This document shows, piece by piece, positions 18,350-27,400 of a stretch of DNA of 64,000 bases. The translations under genes were made by a program, and so were the position numbers. The first letter of the stretch is position 1. Every line of letters starts with the position of its first letter. The stretch comes from a virus. The DNA lies in the IMG/VR virus record IMGVR_UViG_3300047548_001390, positions 14,107 to 78,106 of that record. One strand, given 5' to 3'. The notes under the pieces are model-generated. The model did not search any database. It was not told where the DNA came from and worked only from the letters and a program-made list of their open reading frames with translations.

Positions 18350-18488
18350 ATTATAACCTTAGTCACGTTTTTGTCAGTTTTAACGTTATGTTGTTTTAAA
18401 ATATCTGAGAATTCCTTGTTGCTTGCGTTATTTGCATTAATAAATTGTATGTTAATTTATAAATTGGTAGTTCTTTTGTTTGTGCCAT
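18346..18488 (-). pseudogene. avd: Putative DGR remnant: truncated Avd-like (four-helix bundle) N-terminus fused to the 3' end of another gene, possibly the DGR reverse transcriptase
   Basis: ATG 18488 gives MAQTKELPIYKLTYNLLMQITQATRN|SQIF* (stop 18396-18398). The other frame after ~18411 reads FSDILKQHNVKTDKNVTKVII*, with TGA overlapping the next ATG. Lies immediately downstream of the VR-bearing gene. Confidence 0.7.
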
Positions 18489-18517
18489 AATATATTCTCA
18501 GTTTAAATAATTAAATG

Positions 18518-19867
18518 TTAAATTACAAATCTCCGGACTGCGCGGACCCTGGCGCTGAAAGTCTTATTGGTGTTGCTCGGGGAGCCACCGTTGAAATCCT
18601 GGAACCAAGCATTGGAAGCACCGACCTCGCTGGAAGACCAGTAGTTGTCTGCGTCATTGGTTTCACCAGAAGGTAACGAAGCCCGATTGACCCAAGCAAG
18701 ATTTAATTCATCTTTAGCTGGAAGGTACCAATCTGAGAATCCACTAATACTCAGTCCTCTTGTATAAAAAGCAGCAGGATGTGTTGAATTGTTCATGTTA
18801 TTAGTATTTGTCCAGCCATCAACCAAAGATGTTGTTCCACTAGTTGTTGTGCCAGTGGTTTTCCATTGTAACGTAGATGCAGACTGGCCCGATGCCTTTG
18901 GCGCTAACAGTATACCATACCATACCCCACTTACACTTATATGTCCAATAAAATATCCGCCATCAATTAGAGAACCAAGCGTTGAAGTGTAAATACTAAA
19001 TCTCCGGACTGCGCGGACCCTGTAGCCGGTAGTCTTAGTGGTGCTGATCTGGTCGCCACTGGAGAAGTCCTGGCCCCAAGCCTCGGTTTCAGTGCGATGA
19101 CTGGAAGACCAGTAGGAGACTGCATCATTAGCTTCACCGGAGGGTAATGACGCACGAGAGGTCCAAGCAAGATTTAGCTCGTCTCTAGCTGGAAGATACC
19201 AGTCTGCATATCCAGATGCAACGATCCCTCTTGTATAGCTTGCTGCAGCATGCGAAGAGTCGTTCATAAAGTTCGTATTGGCCCAGCCATTGATTGCAGA
19301 TGAGGTTCCACCAGTTGTTGTGCCAGTGGTTTTCCATTGTAACGTAGATGCAGACTGGCCCGATGCCTTAGGTGCTAACAGTATACCATATAGTACTCCA
19401 TTTACACCTAGAGCTCCAATATAATAACCACCTTGATATGATGCACCAAGTGAAGATGCGAATGAAGAGTTAGTAACAAAAGTTGTTCCGGACGACCAGG
19501 CAGAATAAGTTCCATTTGCATCTTTATAACGCACTCTCCAGTAATATGTGGTGGAGTTACTCAACATTCTCCTTGGGTTAAAAGTATAGGATGTACTAGT
19601 TCCTGCAATGTCACCGGTGGAAATCACAGTGCTTGCGAAGTTTGATACTGTTGACACCTGAAACTGCGCAGCTGCCATTGAAACGCCATTAAATGATGTA
19701 TATGATGACCCGATTAATGTAATATTTTCAAAATTTGCACCAGTATTTGTAGTACCATCAGCAGGAGTCACATTAGTTGGTTTAATGAGACCTGTTAGCT
19801 GAGTCCCATCACCAATGAATTCTTTGTTATCTGTGATAACAGTAACGCCAGAAATTTTAACAGCCAT
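18518..19867 (-). CDS. Tail/adhesin protein: FN3-like domain plus two tandem Lcl-C/DUF1566-like (CLec-fold) domains; DGR target
   Basis: YYWRVRYKD...SAWS (FN3); two copies of DWYLPA.DEL...YWSSS...AW.QDF..G.....K......RAVRRF. Confidence 0.88.
   Translation of the reverse strand: MAVKISGVTVITDNKEFIGDGTQLTGLIKPTNVTPADGTTNTGANFENITLIGSSYTSFNGVSMAAAQFQVSTVSNFASTVISTGDIAGTSTSYTFNPRRMLSNSTTYYWRVRYKDANGTYSAWSSGTTFVTNSSFASSLGASYQGGYYIGALGVNGVLYGILLAPKASGQSASTLQWKTTGTTTGGTSSAINGWANTNFMNDSSHAAASYTRGIVASGYADWYLPARDELNLAWTSRASLPSGEANDAVSYWSSSHRTETEAWGQDFSSGDQISTTKTTGYRVRAVRRFSIYTSTLGSLIDGGYFIGHISVSGVWYGILLAPKASGQSASTLQWKTTGTTTSGTTSLVDGWTNTNNMNNSTHPAAFYTRGLSISGFSDWYLPAKDELNLAWVNRASLPSGETNDADNYWSSSEVGASNAWFQDFNGGSPSNTNKTFSARVRAVRRFVI
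18527..18652 (-). repeat. DGR variable region (VR), C-terminal copy
   Basis: Paired with 18998-19123 (offset 471 nt). Identical 25-nt GC-rich 3' block; mismatches concentrated at codon positions 1-2. Confidence 0.8.
18998..19123 (-). repeat. DGR variable region (VR), internal copy
   Basis: Paired with 18527-18652; same evidence. Confidence 0.75.
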
Positions 19868-19878
19868 TTTGATTTCCT

Positions 19879-20436
19879 TTATTGAATATTAAAAGCAACA
19901 ACAAATACTTCATCTAATTGTTCTTTTGTCCAACCCATTTGCTTGTACAGTTCTTGTATCGTGGGGCTATTTTTTCTCACTTCAGTTGCATATTCCCATT
20001 CAATCAGCACTTTTGTCTTCATTGGTTCTTGTAAACCTTCAACAAAAGATTGTACTTCAGCCAATTTACCAAGCTCAAGCAGAGCCAATCTAATTTGTCT
20101 AGCACTAGCGACAGAAGGTAATCTCGCCTTCATCTCGTCTGCTTTAGCTTGATCATATTGTTGTTGAGCAGTTGTTGTTTCCGTCACTGGATTACCATCA
20201 GCGTCAAGAGTTGACGTTGTAATATCCTTAAACACGTGTACAACACCTTCTACTAACAGGTTTGCATCATCATCGCAGGTGCCATAGTATTTTGGTACTC
20301 GGGTTGGCCAAACACTTTCATCCCACCATTCGATTGCTAACCCTTTTATATCAGGATATTTGGGACCATTGATGGTGGGAGATTTTGAAGCAGAGACCCC
20401 GGTAACGGAATCTACGTGGGTAACACAGATATACAT
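19879..20436 (-). CDS. Hypothetical protein, probably a fibre-associated/assembly factor
   Basis: SARQIRLAL...IEWEYATEVRKNSP...LDEVF pattern typical of fibre-adjacent genes; immediately upstream of the DGR target. Confidence 0.6.
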   Translation of the reverse strand: MYICVTHVDSVTGVSASKSPTINGPKYPDIKGLAIEWWDESVWPTRVPKYYGTCDDDANLLVEGVVHVFKDITTSTLDADGNPVTETTTAQQQYDQAKADEMKARLPSVASARQIRLALLELGKLAEVQSFVEGLQEPMKTKVLIEWEYATEVRKNSPTIQELYKQMGWTKEQLDEVFVVAFNIQ

Positions 20437-20439
20437 TTA

Positions 20440-20464
20440 TTACTCCTTTGTTGTAAAGGAGTAA
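20440..20464 (-). promoter_or_regulatory. Perfect 10-bp hairpin sequestering the RBS of 19879..20436
   Basis: TTACTCCTTT-ACAAC-AAAGGAGTAA ends 3 nt before the ATG. Confidence 0.6.
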
Positions 20465-20513
20465 CAATATACAGATGGAAGGTAGCCATCATCGTTCTCC
20501 TTCTGAACTCGGT

Positions 20514-21359
20514 CTACTGGTTTTCTAATTTATAAAGGCGTGCTGATAATTCTTTTATTGACTCTATTAAATATGCTGTTAATCCAGCATAGTTGACATT
20601 TTTAATTCCGTCAACACTTTGATCTACTAGGTGAGGTAAAATATTCTCTAACTCTTGCGCAATAACACCAGCAGATTTTTTGCCATTGTCTTTCCATTCA
20701 AATTCAACGCCTCTCAATTGATTAACGATCGACGTTGCATCCATAACATTATTTATGTTGTTTTTGAGTACGATGTCAGAGGTTGAATTAAAATTTGTTG
20801 TGGTTAGCGTTCCTGTACCCGAATCATACGTCAAATTAGTCGACCATGACGTTGAAGTTCCGTTTGTCGTTAAAAGACGTCCAGCGTTTCCGGTTTGAGT
20901 TGGTAACACTTTCGTTTCGTTTAATGAGGTAATCCATGCTGGATTAGCATACGATCCCGTTATAAGTACAGCATTTGTTACTTTGGAGCCAGCTAAACTG
21001 GTAATCCAAGAAGGATCAGCAATTGTTCCTGTTAATTTAACAACATCCAAAGAAGTAATCCAACCAGGATTGGCAGCTGTCCCTGTTAATTTAACAACAT
21101 CCAAAGAAGTAATCCAGGCAGGATTTGGATACGTTGCTGTTGTGTAGACACCATTCGTAACGGTTGCAGCGTTACCACTAATCGAGATACCCCACGTCCC
21201 CGATGCCCCTCCGCCTACCAACGTTGGTTTATTAGCAAGATCATCATTAATTGACTTGAAGTTTCCATCAACCTCTAAGTTCGTTAACGGCGCATTCTTG
21301 ACCGTTGTGGAAGTAGGAGTTGTTGCAGATGCAGAGGTTCTATACAGTAAATTAGCCAT
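20514..21359 (-). CDS. Tail fibre protein with PxWITSL repeats and a peptidase S74 chaperone domain
   Basis: LTNLEVDGNF N-terminus; four PxWITSL repeats (exact 35-nt copies at 21028-21062 and 21082-21116); SDIVLKNNI...GVIAQELE...YLIESIKEL. Confidence 0.85.
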   Translation of the reverse strand: MANLLYRTSASATTPTSTTVKNAPLTNLEVDGNFKSINDDLANKPTLVGGGASGTWGISISGNAATVTNGVYTTATYPNPAWITSLDVVKLTGTAANPGWITSLDVVKLTGTIADPSWITSLAGSKVTNAVLITGSYANPAWITSLNETKVLPTQTGNAGRLLTTNGTSTSWSTNLTYDSGTGTLTTTNFNSTSDIVLKNNINNVMDATSIVNQLRGVEFEWKDNGKKSAGVIAQELENILPHLVDQSVDGIKNVNYAGLTAYLIESIKELSARLYKLENQ

Positions 21360-21385
21360 TTAAATATCCAGTTGAACTATGTTTA

Positions 21386-21622
21386 TTAATCCAGTTCTTT
21401 ATTTGTAATACGGTTGTTTATGTCTGTTATTGATTTCGAAAGAGACTCAACAACAACTTTTAACTCAGACACTTCCTTCATTAGATTATTTATTGTCTCA
21501 GCTTGTTTCTTTTCTCTCAAATAACGACGATATTCCGCATCGTTCTTTACAGCAATTGTTCCTAAATTATCTTTGAATAAACCAGGAACAACTGCACCAG
21601 ATTCATCTTTAACTTTAATCAT
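21386..21622 (-). CDS. Small coiled-coil hypothetical protein
   Basis: 78-aa ORF, ATGA-coupled to the upstream gene; C-terminal heptad pattern. Confidence 0.7.
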   Translation of the reverse strand: MIKVKDESGAVVPGLFKDNLGTIAVKNDAEYRRYLREKKQAETINNLMKEVSELKVVVESLSKSITDINNRITNKELD

Positions 21623-24462
21623 GCCACAATAATAACTCTAAACGATTTAACAATTGGAGCTCTCAGAGGATCTTGTGCTAACATAACGCACTTCAAATCA
21701 TATGTATCAAACTCCGGAATGTTGTCCAAGTAGAATTGATATTCATAAAATTCCACATCAGAAGAACGGTCACGAGACACATTACAATTTAAACGTTTCC
21801 AGTTTTGTGCCTCATGTTCAACACCCGAACCAGACAAAGAAGTTCGAATATACCAATCGACAGAAGCTCCGACTCCCGAATTAATTACAGAGAATAGACG
21901 AATCCCTGTTGAGATTGTTGCCAACTCAATTCGACGAGTGAGATATCTCGATTTAGCATTTCCACCTGTTGGCAACAGCTCCGAATTAAAAGGAGTTAAT
22001 CTAGCTTGTGCTGCAGCGCCCGTTCCTGTTATATCATCAGGAGCTCTTTCGATGACAACAAGCGGAACTTGGGTGAATCCAGATCCACCATTGTTAACAG
22101 TAATTCCTGTAACCACTCCAGCATTAATAACAGCTGTAGCAGTAGCCCCCGTTCCATTCCCAATGATTTTTACAACAGGAGCAACAGAGTAATCTGAACC
22201 ACCTGCCGTAACAACAAAGGAAGAAATTGATGCAGACCCTTCCGTTGCATCTAAAGTTTCATCAACTTGATCGTTAATTATAGTGGAATATGCCCACAAC
22301 TCAGGCATCTGTCTTAAATCAATCATAGGAGACAGATAGTCGTTTGAGCTGTTCAATTGAATGGTGATTTTACCGGAATCGGTGTTCGACATTTTAGAAA
22401 ATTCATTAAAGCGAGAAGCAATCAATGAATTTTGTTCTAGAACAACCAATCCTTGTTTTTCAGAAAACTCAACTTCTCTACCCACACCATAGGTAGTAAT
22501 GTTACCACCATCGTAATTCCCAAGAGTCGATTGGAAAGTATTGCGAGTAAACGTATCACCGTAATTAAGAATCTTAATGTTTGGAGTGAACTCTGTCATT
22601 GGTTTGTTTGTTGACACGGTGAACATAGCATCCGTCATCGCAACAAGAACAGCACCAGATCCTGTTGTAGAATTCACAACAACCTGAGGAGCGGATGTGT
22701 AACCACTTCCCTGATTAGTAATCGTAACGCCTACAATCCTACCATTTAAGATGATTGGCGTAGCCTCAGCATTGCCAGATGAAAAGCTAATTGTTGTATC
22801 AGGTCCGTAGTTAATACCACCTCTATCAACATCAACTTTTGTTATAACACCAGCACTTTCAATTTTACCTGTTGAAGTAGCTAGAGCTTCTAGTTTGGTT
22901 TTGAATTTAATCGTGTTTCTATCAGGAACTGCGATTACATCAAACTCGCCTGTCAACGCCGTAGCAGGAATACCGTTATATGTGGCTCCTTCAAGACCAG
23001 CACAAGCAAATTTAGATCCAACTTCTAGTCCATGTTCCTGGTTATGATAATATGTAATTACATCGGAGCCTTCGACGGTATAAAACTGTGTTCCAAAAGC
23101 AGATACTTGAGGCACATCAGTAACTAAATCGATAACACCCGATTGAGATGTATCGAATTTAGCACGGTACATATTGAATTTAATGTCTTCAAATTGTTCC
23201 GCTGTCCAAGTAATATTGTTTTCTGATTTAAACAACGATCCAATGAATGGCTGTTCGAAAATAATTCTACCATTCTCGATCGACTCCTCACCCATACGTG
23301 AAGTAAACATGTTGTATTGATTTGAGTTTGTCAAGACCACAAAACAATAATCAGTGTCCTCATTTAGATAAATTGGTGGACTAAATCTGAACACTGTTCC
23401 AGCTGATGCATCTGTCGACGTTACTACACTTGTTGCTGGCAATGAAGAAACAAGATTAGGGTTGCCCGTCGGTAAGTCAGAAGGGTATCCATTCACCAAT
23501 GGTCGAACTTCAACACGAATGGGAATTGAACTGTCTTTTGTGCGGAAAAATAATTCCACAGCCGATAAGAAAAAACCACCCCTAATTCCATACGTGAAGA
23601 ACGATTGAGCCAAAGGATCTTGCGTCTTACATTCTCTAAATTGCTCTTCGAAATAATCTACAATACCAGATAATCTTCTATCCGTGCCAGCTGGCAAATC
23701 GACGAACAATCTATTTAAATCGGTATTTCTATCAATTCCCGATGCTTGAGTTAGAATCGATCCTACTGGAAGCCCTAGGGTGCCTACTCGAGCCATCAGA
23801 AGAGTATTCGCCCCTCCAGGTTGTGTAACAAGCCTTGTATTGGGCAATGCTGCTAATTGATCAGCAGTAACACTGATCCCCCTTTCTTTCAAATGATGAA
23901 CAATTCTAGAAGTAGCAATTGTTACGGTTACTGGTTTTTCTTCAGGTTGAGGAGATTGTGTTTGAATGGGTACGTAAGGCTCGTATTGCTGAGAGTAGTC
24001 AAACGAAGGAGCTGTTACTTGAGGAGGATCCAATGGGGGTGCTGGTGGAACGTATATTAAATCTTCAATAATCCTATCTACTGTTTCTGTGCGAGTGGTT
24101 TGATAAAAATCAATACGCCCTGTTGAAGCAAAAAATCCACGAGCAGATCCATTAACCGTCCCGGGAATGTTCACTAAACTAAGATCGTTTGTATCGGCTA
24201 CAATGATTTGCTTCCGACCAACTGTAAACGTACCAGCTGGAAGAGCAAAGGTGATAGTAATTGTCCCATCATCATCTGTGGTAAGCGGATTTGTGCTTGT
24301 ACCTCCAGCACACAGATGGGTTACCTCAACTTCATCAAAAAATACGTATACTTTTGTATTTGGACGAGCGTTACGGACTTTTAGAATAACATTCTGAGCA
24401 CGAATAAATTGAATTGCTTCTTGTCTTACTATATTAGAAATTTCTGTAATTCTTGTAGCCAT
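21619..24462 (-). CDS. Large virion structural protein (DUF4815-family C-terminal part)
   Basis: RPNTKVYVFFD, DPLAQSF, GSLFKSEN..TWT....DIKF and YEYQF motifs. Confidence 0.75.
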   Translation of the reverse strand: MATRITEISNIVRQEAIQFIRAQNVILKVRNARPNTKVYVFFDEVEVTHLCAGGTSTNPLTTDDDGTITITFALPAGTFTVGRKQIIVADTNDLSLVNIPGTVNGSARGFFASTGRIDFYQTTRTETVDRIIEDLIYVPPAPPLDPPQVTAPSFDYSQQYEPYVPIQTQSPQPEEKPVTVTIATSRIVHHLKERGISVTADQLAALPNTRLVTQPGGANTLLMARVGTLGLPVGSILTQASGIDRNTDLNRLFVDLPAGTDRRLSGIVDYFEEQFRECKTQDPLAQSFFTYGIRGGFFLSAVELFFRTKDSSIPIRVEVRPLVNGYPSDLPTGNPNLVSSLPATSVVTSTDASAGTVFRFSPPIYLNEDTDYCFVVLTNSNQYNMFTSRMGEESIENGRIIFEQPFIGSLFKSENNITWTAEQFEDIKFNMYRAKFDTSQSGVIDLVTDVPQVSAFGTQFYTVEGSDVITYYHNQEHGLEVGSKFACAGLEGATYNGIPATALTGEFDVIAVPDRNTIKFKTKLEALATSTGKIESAGVITKVDVDRGGINYGPDTTISFSSGNAEATPIILNGRIVGVTITNQGSGYTSAPQVVVNSTTGSGAVLVAMTDAMFTVSTNKPMTEFTPNIKILNYGDTFTRNTFQSTLGNYDGGNITTYGVGREVEFSEKQGLVVLEQNSLIASRFNEFSKMSNTDSGKITIQLNSSNDYLSPMIDLRQMPELWAYSTIINDQVDETLDATEGSASISSFVVTAGGSDYSVAPVVKIIGNGTGATATAVINAGVVTGITVNNGGSGFTQVPLVVIERAPDDITGTGAAAQARLTPFNSELLPTGGNAKSRYLTRRIELATISTGIRLFSVINSGVGASVDWYIRTSLSGSGVEHEAQNWKRLNCNVSRDRSSDVEFYEYQFYLDNIPEFDTYDLKCVMLAQDPLRAPIVKSFRVIIVA

Positions 24463-24473
24463 TCTTAATCCTT

Positions 24474-27400
24474 TTATTGTTGCGAATACACAACAAGTGA
24501 TGCATCTGCATTATCAAGCGTGCTATCGTTTGTAGGCGATACGCCGCTGCTTGTATATTTAGAAGCTTGCCATAAAGACGTGTCTCCGGTTGCAGGTTCA
24601 CCGAGTTTACCAGTTACAGAAAAATAATCTATGTTTCTAAGGAAATCGGTGAAGAAATTATTGTCAGACCCATCTGCCTCTAACCCATAATATTCACGAG
24701 CCGAATAATGGGTAAGATTTCTTACTTGAGTGTCCCCATTTAATTTTCGTTGCGTCAAAGTAAATTCAACTCGATCGAGGGGCACAAAATTGGTAACAAC
24801 AATATTAAACAGTGGCCAAGCAGCGTTTTCACCTGTTGTCAAATACTTAAACAACTCAACCTCATTAGGAATTAATCTCCAACCCTTATTAATTTGAGTA
24901 GGAGTAGATTGAGCAGCTCTAGCAGGTGCCGTTACTGGAGGAGGAGAACTGACATAACGGGTTACACGAACGTCGTTAAAGTTTGTTTCGTAAATTGTGG
25001 CTAAATCACGCCGTTCGACCCAATTATCGACTGGAGGAATCACTTCCAACAACCCATCCCATTTAATGATCAAGAAAGGATTAACGTTTGTCAGTCGTGA
25101 GCTGAACGATTGACCAAATATTTTCTCTTCTGTGTAAGGCAGAGTAATAAAATTATTGGCTATTGTGTAATGTTGACTGCCCGCAGATAAAAGAGCTGAC
25201 ACGTTTAATTTTTCCTTACGTGCAGTTACAGCTCCACCAATGAATGATGCACTAAAGTCTGAGCTAGTTTTTCTTGCTAGCAAAAGAGGATTTGCAAAAT
25301 TTTCAACCAAGTACCCCGTCTTGTATCTGGATAATCCAGTTTCAGCGTCAATTACCTCAAAAGAAGTTAAACTACTTTCATCCAGAGTCAACGTGGTAAA
25401 ATCTTCAACACGTTCAACTCGTCGAACAATTTTGCTTATATCCGACATTGTGTGACGATTTACATCTAGTGCACCATATCTAACGCCAGAGGCGAGCTGA
25501 GTATATGGTGGAATATCAAATTGGCCGATTTCAAATTTGCCTTCTGGAATCTGAGGAGATTTTGGTGAGTCCGATGGTCTTCCCGATATAATACTTAAAT
25601 TGCTTGATGCATCGACTACTAGCGAATCAATACGCCCCATATAGTACTGCACGTTAGTACGAAATATTGTATCGTTTCCAACAATATCATTCGTGCGAGC
25701 GTTAGGCCCGGTCATTAAACCATCGGATCCAACAGACGGTCTAAAATCAATTGCATTTAATAAATTATAATTTTGGCCAGTCGTCTGAGATGAGTACTGA
25801 ATTAGTTTATCCATGTAATCTGGTGTGGATGCGTAAGAATCAACGCAAAAGAAATCACCAGAAATACTATGTTCATAATACCGATATGTAACAGTAACAG
25901 CGCCAACAGGAGCAGATCTACCCCCTTTTAACGACAAGCTACCTCTGTTGTACACATAATCAGATTGGCCGTTATTCAAAGTATAATTAACTGTTATGTC
26001 GCCTACAGTATCAATAACTGATACAACTTCTACTATATCAGTTTTCGATAAAGTAATTACATTTCCAGGTGTGTTGAATGTTTCAGAAAATGTAGTAAGC
26101 GTCTTTGTTTTAGGAAATACGTTTGTTTTTGTAACATTTGCAAACACTTTAATTACAGCGTTAGCATACGTAATACCACCCGAAAAAGATAACGTATTTC
26201 CATCAACGTTAAGACCGAACAAATTGTTTGGAATAGCACCAGTTTCGCCAATTGCTAAAAATGTGCCATCTTCAATTGGATCGATCGTACCGGAACTGAT
26301 GGTGGCAGATCCAATACCGGAAGCGTTTGCGACGATATCTAATTCTTTTTGAACTGTATATTCAAGATCATATTGCAGTGCCTGGTTCTTTAGTGTAGCA
26401 GCAACATTTACAGGCAAACTAAACAGCATGCTTGTTTGGCCAATAGACACCAACACTACGCGACTGGTAGTAGTACTTTGAGTGTCTGAAGTACCACCAA
26501 CAATCAACTCTCCCACCCTTGGTACAAGTTTGGTTGAATCGTGTTTATATACATACAATTGACCGTCGACAGGGTTATAGTATTTGACGGTGGCTGTTCT
26601 ACCTGAAGCGTTTGAAACAATTTCTGCAGATTCGAATGCACCTGACGTAACTGGAGCAGTGTACTGTACAATAACTTTGGCAGTATCGTTAACGTTGTAA
26701 GTAATCGTCATCGCCTCTTCAAGCGTACGACCGCTACTAAGCGTAACGTCAACAACCCACAGTTTGTAAATGCCAGCAACAGCAGACAACGTGCTAACGT
26801 AATCAACGGCAATTATTTTTGCAGTGCCAATTACAGTCGTATCATTTTTAAAAGTAATTAGTGTGCGATCTTGAGCGGAAAAAGCACCTTGAATGTCGGA
26901 AACGTAAATGTATTGACCATACTGAGGACGTATTCTAACCTGTCTTGAGTTGATATGTTCAGCAGTACGTGCTTTGTTGATTTCAATTCTTGTTCTAGAA
27001 AGCTTTTCTACTTCAAACCCACTAATATATGCTTTACCGGCTGCAACCTCTACAACAAGTTTATCTTTATCACCTACAGGATCAGAATAAACGCCACCAT
27101 TTTGTTCTAAACGAAGATGTTCTCTTACTTTTGGTTGAAACCCATCTACAACATAATTTCCAGATTCATCAAAAGTTCTTCTTGCTAACGATTTTTCTAA
27201 TTCTGAATATTTTGGATACCGCGAATGCTCTAACAACTCTCCACTATCATAACGCATCAATTCAACATAATCTTGATTAATTGGAGAGGTTAATGGCAAC
27301 ACTTCTAAATCTAACGACACTTCTAGACGGTCTGCACCAGGAGCTGCATAGTTATAGCTTCCTTGAGCTGGGTCTAAGAGCGTTTCATCGTCTGTGGAAG

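Noticed and set aside
18998-19123. Internal repeat as the TR for the C-terminal VR
   Set aside because: Many mismatches have non-A bases in both copies (gtc/cgc, ttc/ggc), so neither copy can be the template of the other.
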